64,000 nucleotides of DNA from Octopus sinensis (GCF_006345805.1 NC_042999.1:27714001-27778000), one strand, 5' to 3'. Positions 24,093 to 37,457 are shown, counted from the first letter of the stretch. Translations and numbers: made by a program. The notes: a model not told the origin generated them from the sequence alone.

Positions 24093-24361
24093 ATATGGGG
24101 TGGAGGGATAAATTCATGCCACCGTACTTGCAGATTCACGGTCATACATGCGGATGTATATTGTATTCTCACCTGCTGTTGACTTAAGTTCCATGGTTTC
24201 GGCAATAACTTCAATATACGATCTAGACTGGCAAATGACTGTTTGGGTAGTATATTTATTCTTCTCCACAATTGTTATATCAATGTAACCCATGCGTTCG
24301 ACATTAACTTACGTCTGCAAAATGTCAGTTAATATAGGGCTGACACAACTTGCTAATACAT

Positions 24362-24560
24362 ATATTGGTTTCAAATTTTAGCACAAGGCCAGCGAGTTCG
24401 AGAGAGGAGATAAGTCGATTACATGGAATTCCTTCTACTCAACTACTTATTTTATCGACTCCGAAAAAATGAAAGTCAAAGTCAACGCCAGCAGAATTTG
24501 AACTCAGAACTAAGCAGTTTCCCCGGCGTACTAATGATTCTTCAGGCTGGCCGCTCTATT
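24362..24560 (-). mobile_element. SINE family A, older copy
   Basis: TTATTTTATCGACTCCG...GAATTTGAACTCAGAAC. Confidence 0.75.
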
Positions 24561-24639
24561 GTTAACACATATATTCAATATACACTCTACACGTATTGAG
24601 CACTTTCTTCATTCGTTTGTACGTGTATGTATTTTATAT

Positions 24640-25095
24640 TTACTTGTTTTACTTACTTGACTGTAGCCATGCTGGTCACTGCCTTGATAGGTCTTAGCCA
24701 AACAATTCCACCCCAGTACTTATCTTTTAAGCTTAGTACTTATTCTATCGCTCTTTTTGCTGAACCTTTGAATTACGACAAGGTAACCAAACCAGTACCG
24801 GTTGTAAAGCGTTGGTGGGGACAAGCTCAAAGACAGCACACACACACATAAATATGCATACATGCTTATATACACGTGTGTGTGTGTGGGAGAGAGTGTG
24901 TGTGTGAGAGAGAGAGAGAGAGAGTGTATATATATATACGACCGGCTTCTTTCAGTTTCCGTTTAACAAATCCACTCACAGGGCTTTGGGCGGCCAGAGG
25001 CTCTAGTTGCTGTCACTTGCCCAAGGTGTCACGCAGTAGGATTGAATCCAGAACCATGTGGTTGGGAAGCAAACTTCTCACCATACTCCTGCGCC
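24640..25095 (-). mobile_element. SINE family B, degenerate
   Basis: Ends ACTCCTGCGCC; contains ACTTGCCCAAGGTG (reverse of the CORE-like motif). Confidence 0.8.
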
Positions 25096-25388
25096 TATAT
25101 ATGCAGTATATGATATGATGATGATGATGATAATAATAATAATAATAATAATGTCTTGCAAACAACTTGCACATGCAAGTGCTACCAATTAAAAGCTCCG
25201 TATATCGGAAGCTAGCAAGTGTATGGGGTCATCAGGAGAGAATGCGCGCCGTTTCGGGGCCTACCTCTCGACGGCATCAATGCGCACCGGCCCCCCTCAC
25301 TGATATGAGGCCCCGCTTGCTAGATCAGCTGGTTATGAAGAACTCAATATACTTCTAGCCATCGCTCATCGTCTCTTAATAATAATAA

Positions 25389-25690
25389 CTAGCAGTATCG
25401 CCCGGCGTTGCTCGGGTTTGTAAGAGAAATAACTATATAAGCATTTTTAGAGAGTTACTTCTCTTATATAATAGCAAAAAAATGCATTAAAAATGGGAAA
25501 AAATGATGGTAAATTTTTTTTAAATCGTAGGCTCATCGTAAACGCGCGTTAATACCCAGAAGGGCTTGATATGAATCACGACTATAAGATACCCGGTTTT
25601 GGTTAAACTGCACCGCAAAATGTGGGAGTAGTTAGGAATCTAAATCGTAGGAGACAGACACTCACACAACTTCACTTTTATATATAAAGA
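25389..25690 (-). mobile_element. Non-autonomous Helitron, same family as 1298-1690, with an internal deletion
   Basis: Same TC start, hairpin and CTAG end; A|T target. Confidence 0.85.
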
Positions 25691-25866
25691 TATCTAGTCT
25701 TTCTCATTCGCAAAATGAGATCCCCTTAATTTCGCTCAGATTACTTTCAATTTTAGTGCATCGATGCAACTCTGAATTTTGATTACGATCAACCAATTAC
25801 TTTTATCTCGTAAATTAAAGAATCTGATGTTATTTGGAATTAAAGTTGGGAAATTTGGGGAATTTT

Positions 25867-25914
25867 AGCCAATCTACAGACAGCGGTGTATTAACAGCTT
25901 GTTACTATGACAAC
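25867..25914 (+). promoter_or_regulatory. CCAAT box plus an RFX X-box-like motif
   Basis: AGCCAATC at 25867-25874; GTTACTATGACAAC at 25901-25914. Confidence 0.3.
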
Positions 25915-26884
25915 CGCACGCTGTGTTGTGGTTCACTGTTGTCTGTGCCGTTGTTGTTCTATATTGATTTTTCACACTTGATGCTTCACACCACGAGATT
26001 CTTGTCATCCGTGTGTTTTGTTTTAATTTATCTGTGTTAGTATATTACATATTTTTCTGTGCTTTTTCTGTGTTAGTATTTTTCTGTGCTTTTTCTGTGT
26101 GTTAGTATTTTTACATATTTTTCATTTCATATATTTTTGGGACTCATTGACTCAGATAGCTGGATTTATGATTTTACTAGATTAATTCTATTCATAAAAG
26201 TTTAAATTAGGGGTATTTCTTAAACCGCCAGCTTCACATTTCAACAGCTTATAGATATAGATATTACTATGGGTGATATACAGGCATTACTTTTGAATTC
26301 TGCATGCAAAAACATATAAGATACAGTCCTCTAATATATAGTCCTATAACATATAAGATATATTATTATTCTTATCGTAGTTTACAAATCCAAGCATGAA
26401 AACGTTTCTCAGCTTTGGACACACACATACACACATGCACTTATATATTAATGATGTACATAAATACAGAATAAACACATGCAGACAAATATATTAATAT
26501 AAAAAAAATTTTTAAATGGTAAAAACATACAATCAATGATGAGACAAAAGAAACAGTAAGATGATACATGTTGATTTTATTAGGTATTTCTGTTTATTTC
26601 GAAACCTACAATGAACAGGTCAGATGCTAAACTATAAATTTCACAGTGTACAACTTTAAAGTTGACACCGCTCCGCAGAGAATTTCTGTTTCGCAAGTGG
26701 CTAAAAATACCCATTTTTTAATTATTTTTAAACCTCAGTAACATTTTTCTCTATTTTTTTCCCACAACATCATACATTCAAAGCAATGAGACTGGAAGGC
26801 TACATTATTATAGCCGATTTTCAGATTTTTTAACTTCCTTTTAAAAATGCATATTTTACGAATGAAAATAACTAGATCATAATA

Positions 26885-26924
<40 letters not shown>

Positions 26925-27227
26925 TAATAATAATAATAATAATAATTAAATAGTTAAATTATCGAAACTGCATGTATATGCATAAATTGTGAAAAAGTTC
27001 ACATTCGTACGTTTGTTAAATACACACTGAGCCTTGCTGTGCTTCGAGACCAAGTTGTAAGTCTCCCTTTGCGCTACATCTCTCTCTCTTTCTGTCACAC
27101 ACACACACGCGCGCGCGCGCGTGGTCTCAACATCTATGCTAATGGGAAATTAATCAAACATTAACTTAGCGAATTTCACACATGCATGGACACACAGGCA
27201 ATCAAACAGACGTACACATGTATGCTG

Positions 27228-27297
<70 letters not shown>

Positions 27298-27393
27298 AAT
27301 GTGTGCGTGTTGACATTCAGGAATAAATAATATGCCGTTTGATAAATTTCACATTAGCATATTTTTCTTTTAATTTATAGAAGTTCGTATATT

Positions 27394-27493
27394 NNNNNNN
27401 NNNNNNNNNNNNNNNNNNNNNNNNNNNNNNNNNNNNNNNNNNNNNNNNNNNNNNNNNNNNNNNNNNNNNNNNNNNNNNNNNNNNNNNNNNNNN
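27394..27493. other. Assembly gap (100 N)
   Basis: Read directly. Confidence 1.
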
Positions 27494-28440
27494 TGTGTGT
27501 GTGTGTGTGTGTGAAACCTTTCGTTCATGATATAAGAATTTCGATGCTTTCGAACGTGCGTGAAATAATTCATTTTTGGAATGGTGAATCTTGAAGCAGA
27601 CAGGGCTATGAACAATAGCATATAAAACTCTTTCGATCTTTGGATTTAAAGAAGTCTAATGCTACCTGTGAGACACAAAGCTACATCTCCTGTAAACTCG
27701 ACATGTGTCATAAGCATTTTTTATATATTTGTTGTATCTCTAGAGGATTATTATGCAAATAATAAACGCATGTACTGGTTCTATTTCCTTTCTTTATTAT
27801 TTGTCAGTTGGTTAAATATTTTACTAATTAACTAATCAATTGTTTGAATAAATATTCGGTTAATTAACAAATTAGTTATTTTTGTCGAAGTTCTTTCATT
27901 ACCACTCGCAATCTCCAAAGACATACCCTCTTTACTCCAGATAGTAAATCAAACTTTGATACTATGTATTGTAATCAACAGTAGAATTCAAGAAAACTAG
28001 TCACAGTTTGCACCAGTCTTTGGTGTGTAGAACCAATTCAGATGTGCAATATATTTCTTTGTTGTGAGTGACACGAAAATTCTAACGCTTCGGGCAATAA
28101 TCCTTTGTCATACACTACTCTTAATCTACTCATTCGGAATCGTCAGAAAGTGTTTGGGTTGACCGAGGAAAGCTTCTATTCAAGATACTAGACTTTTTAT
28201 TTTTTCTCACAGTTCTTTTCAGTTGTTTACGCTATGTATTAGATTTTATAGCTTTGTTTAAGTAAAGCACCTGTATTAATTAATTAAGGTAATTACAAAT
28301 AATTAAGTTAAGGCTCTTAAAAGTATAAATCCGTTTGCATACTAATGGAGCAGTTCCTTATTTTGTTTAGTTCCTGGATAGTTCACATCGAGCAGACCTA
28401 TGTTCATAGGTATTCTTCTGTGACTATCTCATCATATTTC

Positions 28441-28612
28441 TTCTTTACTACCCACAAGGGGCTAAACACAGAGGGGACAAACAAGGACAGACAAAGGGAT
28501 TAAGTCGATTACATCGACCACAGTGCGAAACTGGTACTTTTTTAATCGACCCCGAAAGTATGAAAGGCAAAGTCGACCTCGGCGGAATTTGAACTCAGAA
28601 CGTAACGACAGA
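28441..28612 (-). mobile_element. SINE family A, 5'-truncated
   Basis: Body and B-box present; head missing. Confidence 0.9.
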
Positions 28613-29159
28613 CAATAAGACATGGCAATAAGGGTATCTTCTACAGGGCCTTTGGTTGACCGATCATATTACACGATTGATATTTGGTAGCCTGTCTTTC
28701 TCTTCCTCTCTTTCTGTGGTATGTGTGTGTGTGTGCGGGTATGGGAATATACATATACAGACATACATACATAGAAACATATATATACATACATAATGTG
28801 TGCGTGTGTATGCGTGTAAGCATTGGAATATACGTATGTGTTTATGAGGGTGTACGTGAGGTTGTGCCTGTGTTTTACTTTTATAACGTTCAAAAAATAA
28901 ATATAAACTGATGCTGATAATTATGTCATGTTGCTGAGCGATTCATAAAACACGAAACGTTCAAAAAGTTGTTGAATAAAATATATGCAGAGGTCCACAT
29001 GAGCGTAGGAAATCGCCGCATCCAAACAGAAAATAATAGTATGGATGTTACAATGTTATTAAACACATATATAATTGTATGTGTGTGTATGTGAGTGTGT
29101 TTGTATGCATGTATCTATAGAAGCAAACATACGTATACTCGTTTCTATATATATATATG

Positions 29160-29324
29160 TATACCGGAGTAAACACATAAATGTGAAACAAGGTGGAAAA
29201 AAGAGTACTCAAATACCAGAGGTAGAGTAATATGCTTTATTTAAAAGCAGTAGAAATTCAACAAAAGCTGTTACTCGAAGTTTCATGTTCCGTTCGTCGG
29301 ACAGTTTTGTTAAAAAACAAAATC

Positions 29325-29327
<3 letters not shown>
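29160..29327 (-). mobile_element. (TA)n-embedded pLTR-like mini-element with a hammerhead motif
   Basis: (TA)n on both sides; hammerhead motif at 29268-29304. Confidence 0.7.
29268..29304 (-). ncRNA. Type I hammerhead-like motif, CCGACGA core
   Basis: Minus strand: CTGT-CCGACGA-ACGGAACAT-GAAA-CTTCGAG-TA-ACAG. Confidence 0.6.
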
Positions 29328-29377
<50 letters not shown>

Positions 29378-29482
29378 GGGGAGGACCCCCACGCAACACA
29401 CATACATACATACATACATACATACATACCTACCTACATTACATACATACATACAGACATACATACATACATGCATACATAC

Positions 29483-30435
29483 GATGGTAACATTGATCAT
29501 CAAAGCAGTCTATTATGGATCAGTAGCCGGATTATTACCTCCCACTTTGAAAGGCATGCATTTGCAATCCAGGAACTGGAAATATCAATCAAATATCTGA
29601 TGCACAAAAAGGATAGAGATGCAGGAAAAGCAGTAAAATGTGACAACCGATGCAGACTTTGTGAAGTAAACACCGATGATATCACCAACATCATAAGTAG
29701 TTGTCCGAAAATGTCATCACGGTATTATCTGCCGATAAGACATGATGTTGTAGCTGGGACGCTCTATAATGAAAGTCATCGGAAGGGTAACTCCGAGGAC
29801 AAAGAATTAAGAATCCACAATATTGGTAGAAGCCATAGCTACTCAAAAAGGAAACTGGTGGAATGTCCCAGTGAATACCTCAATAAAATACAATCGCAAC
29901 ATACCTGATATAATGATTTGGGACAGAGAAGAGAAACTGTACAGTTGTGGGAATTAGCTGTCCAGCAGGCGTTAACTTAAAGCTGATGATCAGTGGAGAA
30001 GAGAATACCTACGCTGATCTATTGAGAAATCTGCAGTTACTCTATCGAGATTACAAGTCCAGGTTTATACCTGTAATTATTGGGGCCCTGGGATATGTAA
30101 CATACTGCCTAAATACCGAACTTGAGATATTAGGCTTCTTAAAACCAGAAAGAAGAAAGCTAATTTGAAGACTACAGATCCAATCCAATCCAGGAACTGT
30201 AAAAATCTGTAAAACTTACCAGAAAGTTATCATTTAAATATATATGAGCATGTCTAGATATACAACTATATACATAAAAATACATACCAAAAACAAAACA
30301 TACAAATCTGCACATATCCATCCATCCATCCATCCAAGTAAAAATACCCTGTTGTTGATGAAGGAACCTTGGATCTCGGTTACAAATCGGCACTTTCACT
30401 ATTGGCAAGAAATCTCGAAATATAACTGAACAATG
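29483..30435 (+). mobile_element. 5'-truncated RLE-type LINE (R2/R4/NeSL group; zinc knuckle and endonuclease), a distinct family flanked by (TACA)n
   Basis: CRLCEVNTDDITNIISSCPKMSSRYYLPIRHDVVA, then PDIMIWDREEKL and FIPVIIGALG. Confidence 0.85.
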
Positions 30436-30444
30436 ACATACATA

Positions 30445-30843
30445 GGCGCAGGAGTGGCTGTGTGGTAAGTAGCTTGCTAACCAACCACATGGTTCCGGGT
30501 TCAGTCCGACTGCGTGGCATCTTGGGCAAGTGTCTTCTGCTATGGCCCCGGGCCGACCAAAGCCTTGTGAGTGGATTTGGTAGACGGAAACTGAAAGAAG
30601 CCCGTCGATATATATATATATATATATATATTCGGTGTGTGTTTTGTGTGTCTGTGTTTGTCCCCTAGCATGCTTGACAACCGATGCTGGTGTGTTTACG
30701 TCCCCGTCACTTAGCGGTTCGGCAAAAAAGAGACCGATAGAATAAGTACTGGGCTTACAAAGAATAAGTCCCGGGGTCGATTTTCTCGACTAAAGGCGGT
30801 GCTCCAGCATGGCCGCAGTCAAATGACTGAAACAAGTAAAAGA
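30445..30843 (+). mobile_element. SINE family B, full length
   Basis: Head, CORE-like motif, (TA)/(TG) spacer, 3' half and tail. Confidence 0.95.
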
Positions 30844-31281
30844 AAAAATACATATATTTGTGTATGTATGAAATAATAACAACAAAACAACAACAACAAC
30901 AACAACAGAAAAACAACAAATTTTGTAAATACAACTATCCAGGATTGAATTATTATTTCGACAAGGAAATGCTTGGAAGCTGTATTCACATATTTTCTTT
31001 TTTGTTTTGTATAAGATAATGTCTACTCTCTTAGCTGATCGAGTGCTTTTCTATTTGTTGAAGCATTGCCACCATAACACACACATACACACACATACAC
31101 GCACATACTCACACACTCTCGCACACACACACAAACACACACACACACACACACACAAAACACACACACACACACACATACACAAACACACACACACAAA
31201 CACACACACACACACACACAACACACACACAACACACACACAAACACACACACAACACACACACACATACAAACACACACA

Positions 31282-31316
<35 letters not shown>

Positions 31317-31768
31317 TACGTTTCTTTCAGTTTTCGTCCATCATATCTGTTCACGAGGATTTGATCGAACCTTGGTTATAGTAGGAAACATTTGCCCAAG
31401 ATCTCACACAACGGGACTGAACCCGAAGCCGTGTGGTTGGGAAGCAATCTTCTTATCACATAAATAGAAATTAAATTCACATATATAAAACTGGTAACCA
31501 TTTGGGGGGGGGGGGATGATTCCGGATATCTGCAAGTCGGAAAAGAGGTCCGGTACTGTATATCTATATTTAGAATACGTTAGCCCCTTGTGGGTAGTAA
31601 AGAAATATATATTTAGAATACGGCCATCCATTGACTTACAGAGAGGTATTTTGTTGACTACAGGAATGCTTTCAGAACCGCTCAGCTAATTATAAAGCTA
31701 GAGTAACCACATGTTGTCATGACTACAATTTACATAAATTGACATAGGGTATACTTTCTCTCTCTCTG

Positions 31769-31801
<33 letters not shown>

Positions 31802-34000
31802 TTATATATATATATATATTCACAGACATGTACATACGTATACACATGCATATATACACTCATACGAACAGAGGTATACACATATAGAAGCATGTGTGTA
31901 TATGTGTGTGTATTGATTGAAATAACAAAATCAGTACTATGAGCAGAAATTCCTTATTTATTTCCGTCAAACTTATGGACACTTATATCACGTTCGGATT
32001 TCTTTCCCTTTAGGTCCTGGGGGTCTCTTGAAGGCTGTACTCTAAATAGCAACTGTCCGGTGACTTGAAAGTAGTAAACAATTATGCTCGTAAATTGATT
32101 TTGGTGTTAGAGAGACAATGGGATTTGAGGCTATGGTAAAAACATTTGCCCGTCTGAGTAAGATCGAACCACGTGGGCGGGAAGCGAACTTTTAACAGCC
32201 TTGTTTGCAACCGTATATCTAAATTTATTATAAAGCTAGACGTACAGAAATGGATACTTAAGCATATTATGACATAAGTTTTCAATTAAAAGCGAAAATT
32301 AATATCAGAATTTCTCAAGACAAACAACAACAATAACAAATTATATTAAAAAATGAAAACATCAACAACTACACACAAAATAAATGCTGTAAAAGTACTT
32401 TTATTAAATGAATGTATAATCAAAAGAAAAAAATTAATTACGAAAGAAAATTACGCAGCGGCGCCATCCGCATAAAAATAGAAGAGGTTTAGCTGTTCTT
32501 TACATAATTCATGTAGTAAGCATAAAAAATAAATCGAATTAAAATATGCCTGTGATGAAGAAAAAACAATATTTCAGTGATTAACATTGAATTAATTTGG
32601 AAAGAACGGGAAATAATTGAGGACATGTTTTGGCCTTATGAGACCTCATCAACGTTGCATGGTTTTCCTCGTATTTATCGAAGTAGTGTTAAGACAATAT
32701 CTGTACACAATTTGGTACAGCTAATTTGTAATTACCTCATCACTAACTCGGAATATACGCTAAGTACTATGATTCACTAAAGAGGTCTAATAACTCCAAA
32801 ATAAGTCTGCAACTATCTATCCTACTTGTTGGATTGATTTGAATATTACTAATCATTGAGTTAATATTGTATTTTTCTCCCAACACAAATACTACTAATT
32901 AGCGTTTACGATGTTTTCTTCATTAACAGTAAAGTAATGCTAAAGTCTGTCTCGAGCTTACTGGATAATTACTCCGGAGTCAAAGTTACAATCTTATGAC
33001 CGTGAGCCTAAACACTAAAAAAAGGCGACATTCAAGATGCTAAATATCGCTGCCAAATTTCCATCAGGCTGCATCCAATTCACTTCTAAAACGAAAGGTT
33101 TTACTCTTTCACCACAACTTTCTCTCACATTTTCTACCTACTTCTGCCACAAAGCAGAGGAACCATGGTGTAACCCACTATGGTGTGGTAAACTTTCAGA
33201 CCCTAGTCTAGATTGCGAATCCTCTGTACCCTAGGATGGTTCAGCTCTCCACCCATTAAAAGCCACTGTTTATGGAATGAGGATAACAACGTAGCTTTCG
33301 CGCCCGTGCAACTGCCAGTCTATCGCATGTGCTGGGTGGATCTTCAAGTTGTCACACGCATTCTTAGTAGCTTAGAGTAGGCTCCAATTAGAGATTACTC
33401 TTCGTGGCTAATGGTGTGAATCCTGATTGGAAGAAGAAAAAGAAGATAACAGCAGTAGCAGTAGTTGTTAAACACCTATCATCTCTGACCAAATACACCT
33501 TATGATCAAAATAATTAAAATAATTAAAAGTGTGACTCTCCAATCATTCTTTTTGCAATGCATAGTTAACTCAGGACCGCATTATTTAGTGTGCCCTTTT
33601 CTAAAATGGTAAACTGTCGTTTGGGGAGAATTGGCAAATATTTCGAGGCTTTCGAGCAACCAACTGGATAATCTCTTGATGTCTCACCTTCATAATGACA
33701 TAGACTGACAAAAATAGTGCAACGTGTAATTAATTACCTGACTATGTCTGGTTATGTCCCTTTACGTTCCGAGTTCAGACCTTCCAATGTTATTAGCAAA
33801 TATTTATAAGGGTTTATGTAATTGCCTATATTCCTTTGTACAAATTTTCTTTGTCTTTATGGCATGCATGGCATTCATACACTTAGTGTATGTTCCAAAT
33901 CGTAGGCGACAATTTTCTCCACATGATAACTGAAAGTTTGCGTAAGACCAAAGATTTCAGGTAGGTCATAGGTATATTGCTTTCTAAAAGTGTATGTATA

Positions 34001-34165
34001 GGCGCAGGAGTGGCTATGTGGTAAGTAGCTTGCTAACCAACCACATGGTTCCGGGTTCAGTCCCACTGCGTGGCATCTTGGGCAAGTGTCTTCTGCTATA
34101 GCCCCGGGCCGACCAATGCCTTGTGAGTGGATTTGGTAGACGGAAACTGAAAGTAGCCTGTCGTA

Positions 34166-34206
<41 letters not shown>

Positions 34207-34422
34207 TTGTGTGTCTGTGTTTGTCCCCCTGGCATTGGTTGACAACCGATGCTTGTGTGTTTACGTCCCTGTCACTTAGCGGTTCGGCAAAAGAGACCGA
34301 TAGAATAAGTACTGGGCTTACAAAGAATAAGTCCTGGGGTCGATTTGCTCGACTAAAGGCGGTGCTCCAGCATGGCCGCAGTCAAATGACCGAAACAAGT
34401 AAAAGAGTAAAAGAGTAAAAGA
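34001..34422 (+). mobile_element. SINE family B, full length, (TAAAAGAG)3 tail
   Basis: As for the copy at 30445. Confidence 0.95.
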
Positions 34423-34425
34423 GAG

Positions 34426-34457
<32 letters not shown>

Positions 34458-34873
34458 AGTGTATGTGTGCGTATATGTATGTGTGTATAACAACAGCAAC
34501 AACAACAACAACCACTGCCGCCGCTGCCATAAACACTGCTGCACTACCACCGCAAACTCTACAGAACCACCACCAGTGCATGTACAGCGGCTGCCACCGC
34601 TGCTCTGCTGCAGTCGCGTCCACCGCTGCCGTCGCTGCCACAGACCCGTTTGCCACCTTTCTAATTGTAGAGGCAAAAATAAGTCATTATATTTATTTTA
34701 TGTTTACGTTATTGTAAAACCTGACTGAAAATCCATATGTTCAAACGGTATTTCAAAATGTAAATGTCTCTGCTCTGTAGGACTAGCTATGACTACAATA
34801 GTGATTGTATACCTTAATTTTTGATGATGGCAGGATTTAATTCAAAGATAATTAAGCTGTTATTTCTAACCTA

Positions 34874-35499
34874 TTTCTTTACTACCCACAAGGGGCTAAA
34901 CACAGAGAGGACAAACAAGGACAGACAAATGGATTAAGTTGATTATATCGACTCCAGCGCGTAACTGGTACTTATTTAATCGGCCCTGAAAGGATGAAAG
35001 CAAAGTTGATCTCGGCGGAATTTCAACTCAGAATGTAAAGACAAACGAAATACCTATTTCTTTACTACCCACAAGGGGCTAAACACAGAGGGCACAAACA
35101 AGGACAGACAAACGGATTAAGTTGATTATATCGACCCCAGTGCGTAACTGGTACTTATTTAATCGGCCCTGAAAGGATGAAAGCAAAGTTGATCTCGGCG
35201 GAATTTCAACTCAGAATGTAAAGACAAACGAAATACCTATTTCTTTACTACCCACAAGGGGCTAAACACAGAGGGCACAAACAAGGACAGACAACGTGGG
35301 GGGGGATTTTTTCTTTTAAGTGTGAAATCTACTTTACTAACCACGACACACGGGCGTAATGGTTAACTTGATTTATCGACCCCAAAGGATGAAAGGCAAA
35401 GTCGACCTTGGCAAAATTTGAACTCAGAACGTAGCGGCAGACGAAATACCGCTAAGCATTTCGCCCGGTGTGCTAACGTTTCTGCCAGCTCACCGCCTT
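34874..35499 (-). mobile_element. SINE family A multimer within one 22-bp TSD
   Basis: TSD TTAAGCTGTTATTTCTAACCTA at 34852-34873 and 35500-35521; junctions at 35054/35055 and 35237/35238. Confidence 0.9.
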
Positions 35500-36070
35500 T
35501 TAAGCTGTTATTTCTAACCTAAAGAGCGACTTCTTTGAAGTCACAACATTAGTTTGTCATTATTTATGGCAGGTGTGTAGAAAAGCAAAGAATCTGACTT
35601 TGCAAATTTAATGTTTAGTTGTTAAATTTCACAGTATAATGTCGTTTCAAGATGGCTGTCGTAATATTTATTGTAGAGGGAAAAAAAAAAAGATGCAGTA
35701 ATGATAAATAAAAAACAGAATTTGTTAAAACTGAGATTTTATCATCCATAAACGAGTTTGCCAACCTATTTACCTACCAGTTTATTAATTCATTATGTTC
35801 TCTCAGTCTCTCTATCTCTGCCTCATACATATCCACACATACACATGCACATAAGTAAGGTATTGAAGGAATACCGTCGTTTGGGGATGAGGATTCAATT
35901 GTTCGACCGACTGAATTTCCTGTTCCTGAATGAAGGTAGTCGAGCTTTCAATGGTCACATCTACATATATACATATATATATATATGTAAGTATGTACAT
36001 GTATGTATATATGCATATATAATAAAATATTATATGATGAATGCCACGCATTCATTGCCGAGTAATTTTA

Positions 36071-36142
<72 letters not shown>

Positions 36143-36179
36143 ATATATATATGTATATACATAATTTGTGTGTGTGGTT

Positions 36180-36355
36180 TATCCCCCTTCCATCGTTGGT
36201 GTGTTTATGTCCCTGTAAGTTAGCGGTTCGATCAAAAAGGCCGATAGAAGTACCCAGCTTACAAAGAATAGGTCCTGGGGTCGATTTGTTCGACTAAAGG
36301 CGGTGTTCCAGCTTGGTCGCATTCAAATGACTGAAATAAGTAAAAGAATAAAAGA
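36180..36355 (+). mobile_element. SINE family B, 3' half
   Basis: GGGGTCGATTTGTTCGACTAAAGGCGGTG. Confidence 0.85.
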
Positions 36356-37089
36356 ATACACGCACACACACACACACATAATTCCAAAAGAATTAGAGGT
36401 TGTGGATCCAACCAACTAAGGGGTAATATATATCCAATATACTGCTGGTAGAATACCCAATTATTAATACACAAGTGCTTTTTATTGCATGGCAATTACA
36501 CTACTAAATGTAATAAGTGGGTGAGTGTAAAAAGTTGTTTTACCCTTAATTCATACGGCAATAAGAAAATGGAGGGGTCTCTATAGAGATTAGGGTTTAA
36601 ATTCCAATCTATAAAAAGCTTCCGTTCTACAATATTCTTAAGGGAACGAAAAATTATCCAGCAACTCGGGCCAATACGAACGAGCATGGAAGGTGAAAAG
36701 AACTGACATCTCTTGTCAAGAGTACAGGCAACATTCAGATCGCCGATGCCTGATGCGAACTCCGCTTTCATTATTTGATTGCTGTTATTCCGTGCGTCTG
36801 AGTGTGAATATAAGTTGTGTTTTGCATGGTTGCCTTATTTTTACCCATAACTTAGAAATGGGGAAAGACATAGTGCTGGATACTAAAAGTAAGCCATCTA
36901 GGACTAGAAAAATTGCGAAAAAACGTGAGGCATTCTTTCGTTAGAAGCAGCAAACTTACTCACTGTTAGATTATCCGTGCATATGTAAGTCTGCATTCTG
37001 CATTACATCTCTTACCTTCTTTTATACATGTGTCTTATGCGAAATCTGTGATGAGCCCGAGTTACACTGATGACCTGGAGTCACCTCTG

Positions 37090-37146
<57 letters not shown>

Positions 37147-37457
37147 ATACAATGTACGTTTAAACACGTAAGGAATCCACTCGTGGTATTCAACACGCTA
37201 GAAAGAACACCTAGGTTCTATAACCACGAAATTAGGGATAAAATTCGACAGGAACGAAATGAAAAATAAAAACATTTTACCAGCTAGTTTCCTGGACGAA
37301 TTGGTTTCTGATTTTAGTTTATCAAGTTAATAACATATACCGCCTAGGTGAAATCGTCTTCAACAGGAACACCTTGGGTTAAATATATAAACACGAGACG
37401 ATCAAACTATGCGCCTCTAGTTTATACATCCTAATTTTTTTCAAAATCTGCTGCGCA

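Noticed and set aside
25210-25330. Possible hammerhead or HDV-like fold on the minus strand (GTGCGC...TTGATGC...GAAA...GCGCAT)
   Set aside because: A 6-bp stem I is possible, but A9, U16.1 and stem II do not fit, leaving too many core mismatches.
28080-28150. CTGACGA...GAAG on the minus strand
   Set aside because: No stem II pairing and GAAG instead of GAAA.
34480-34650. CAG/CCG-rich stretch with ORFs in several frames
   Set aside because: A decayed trinucleotide repeat with no exon boundaries or homology.
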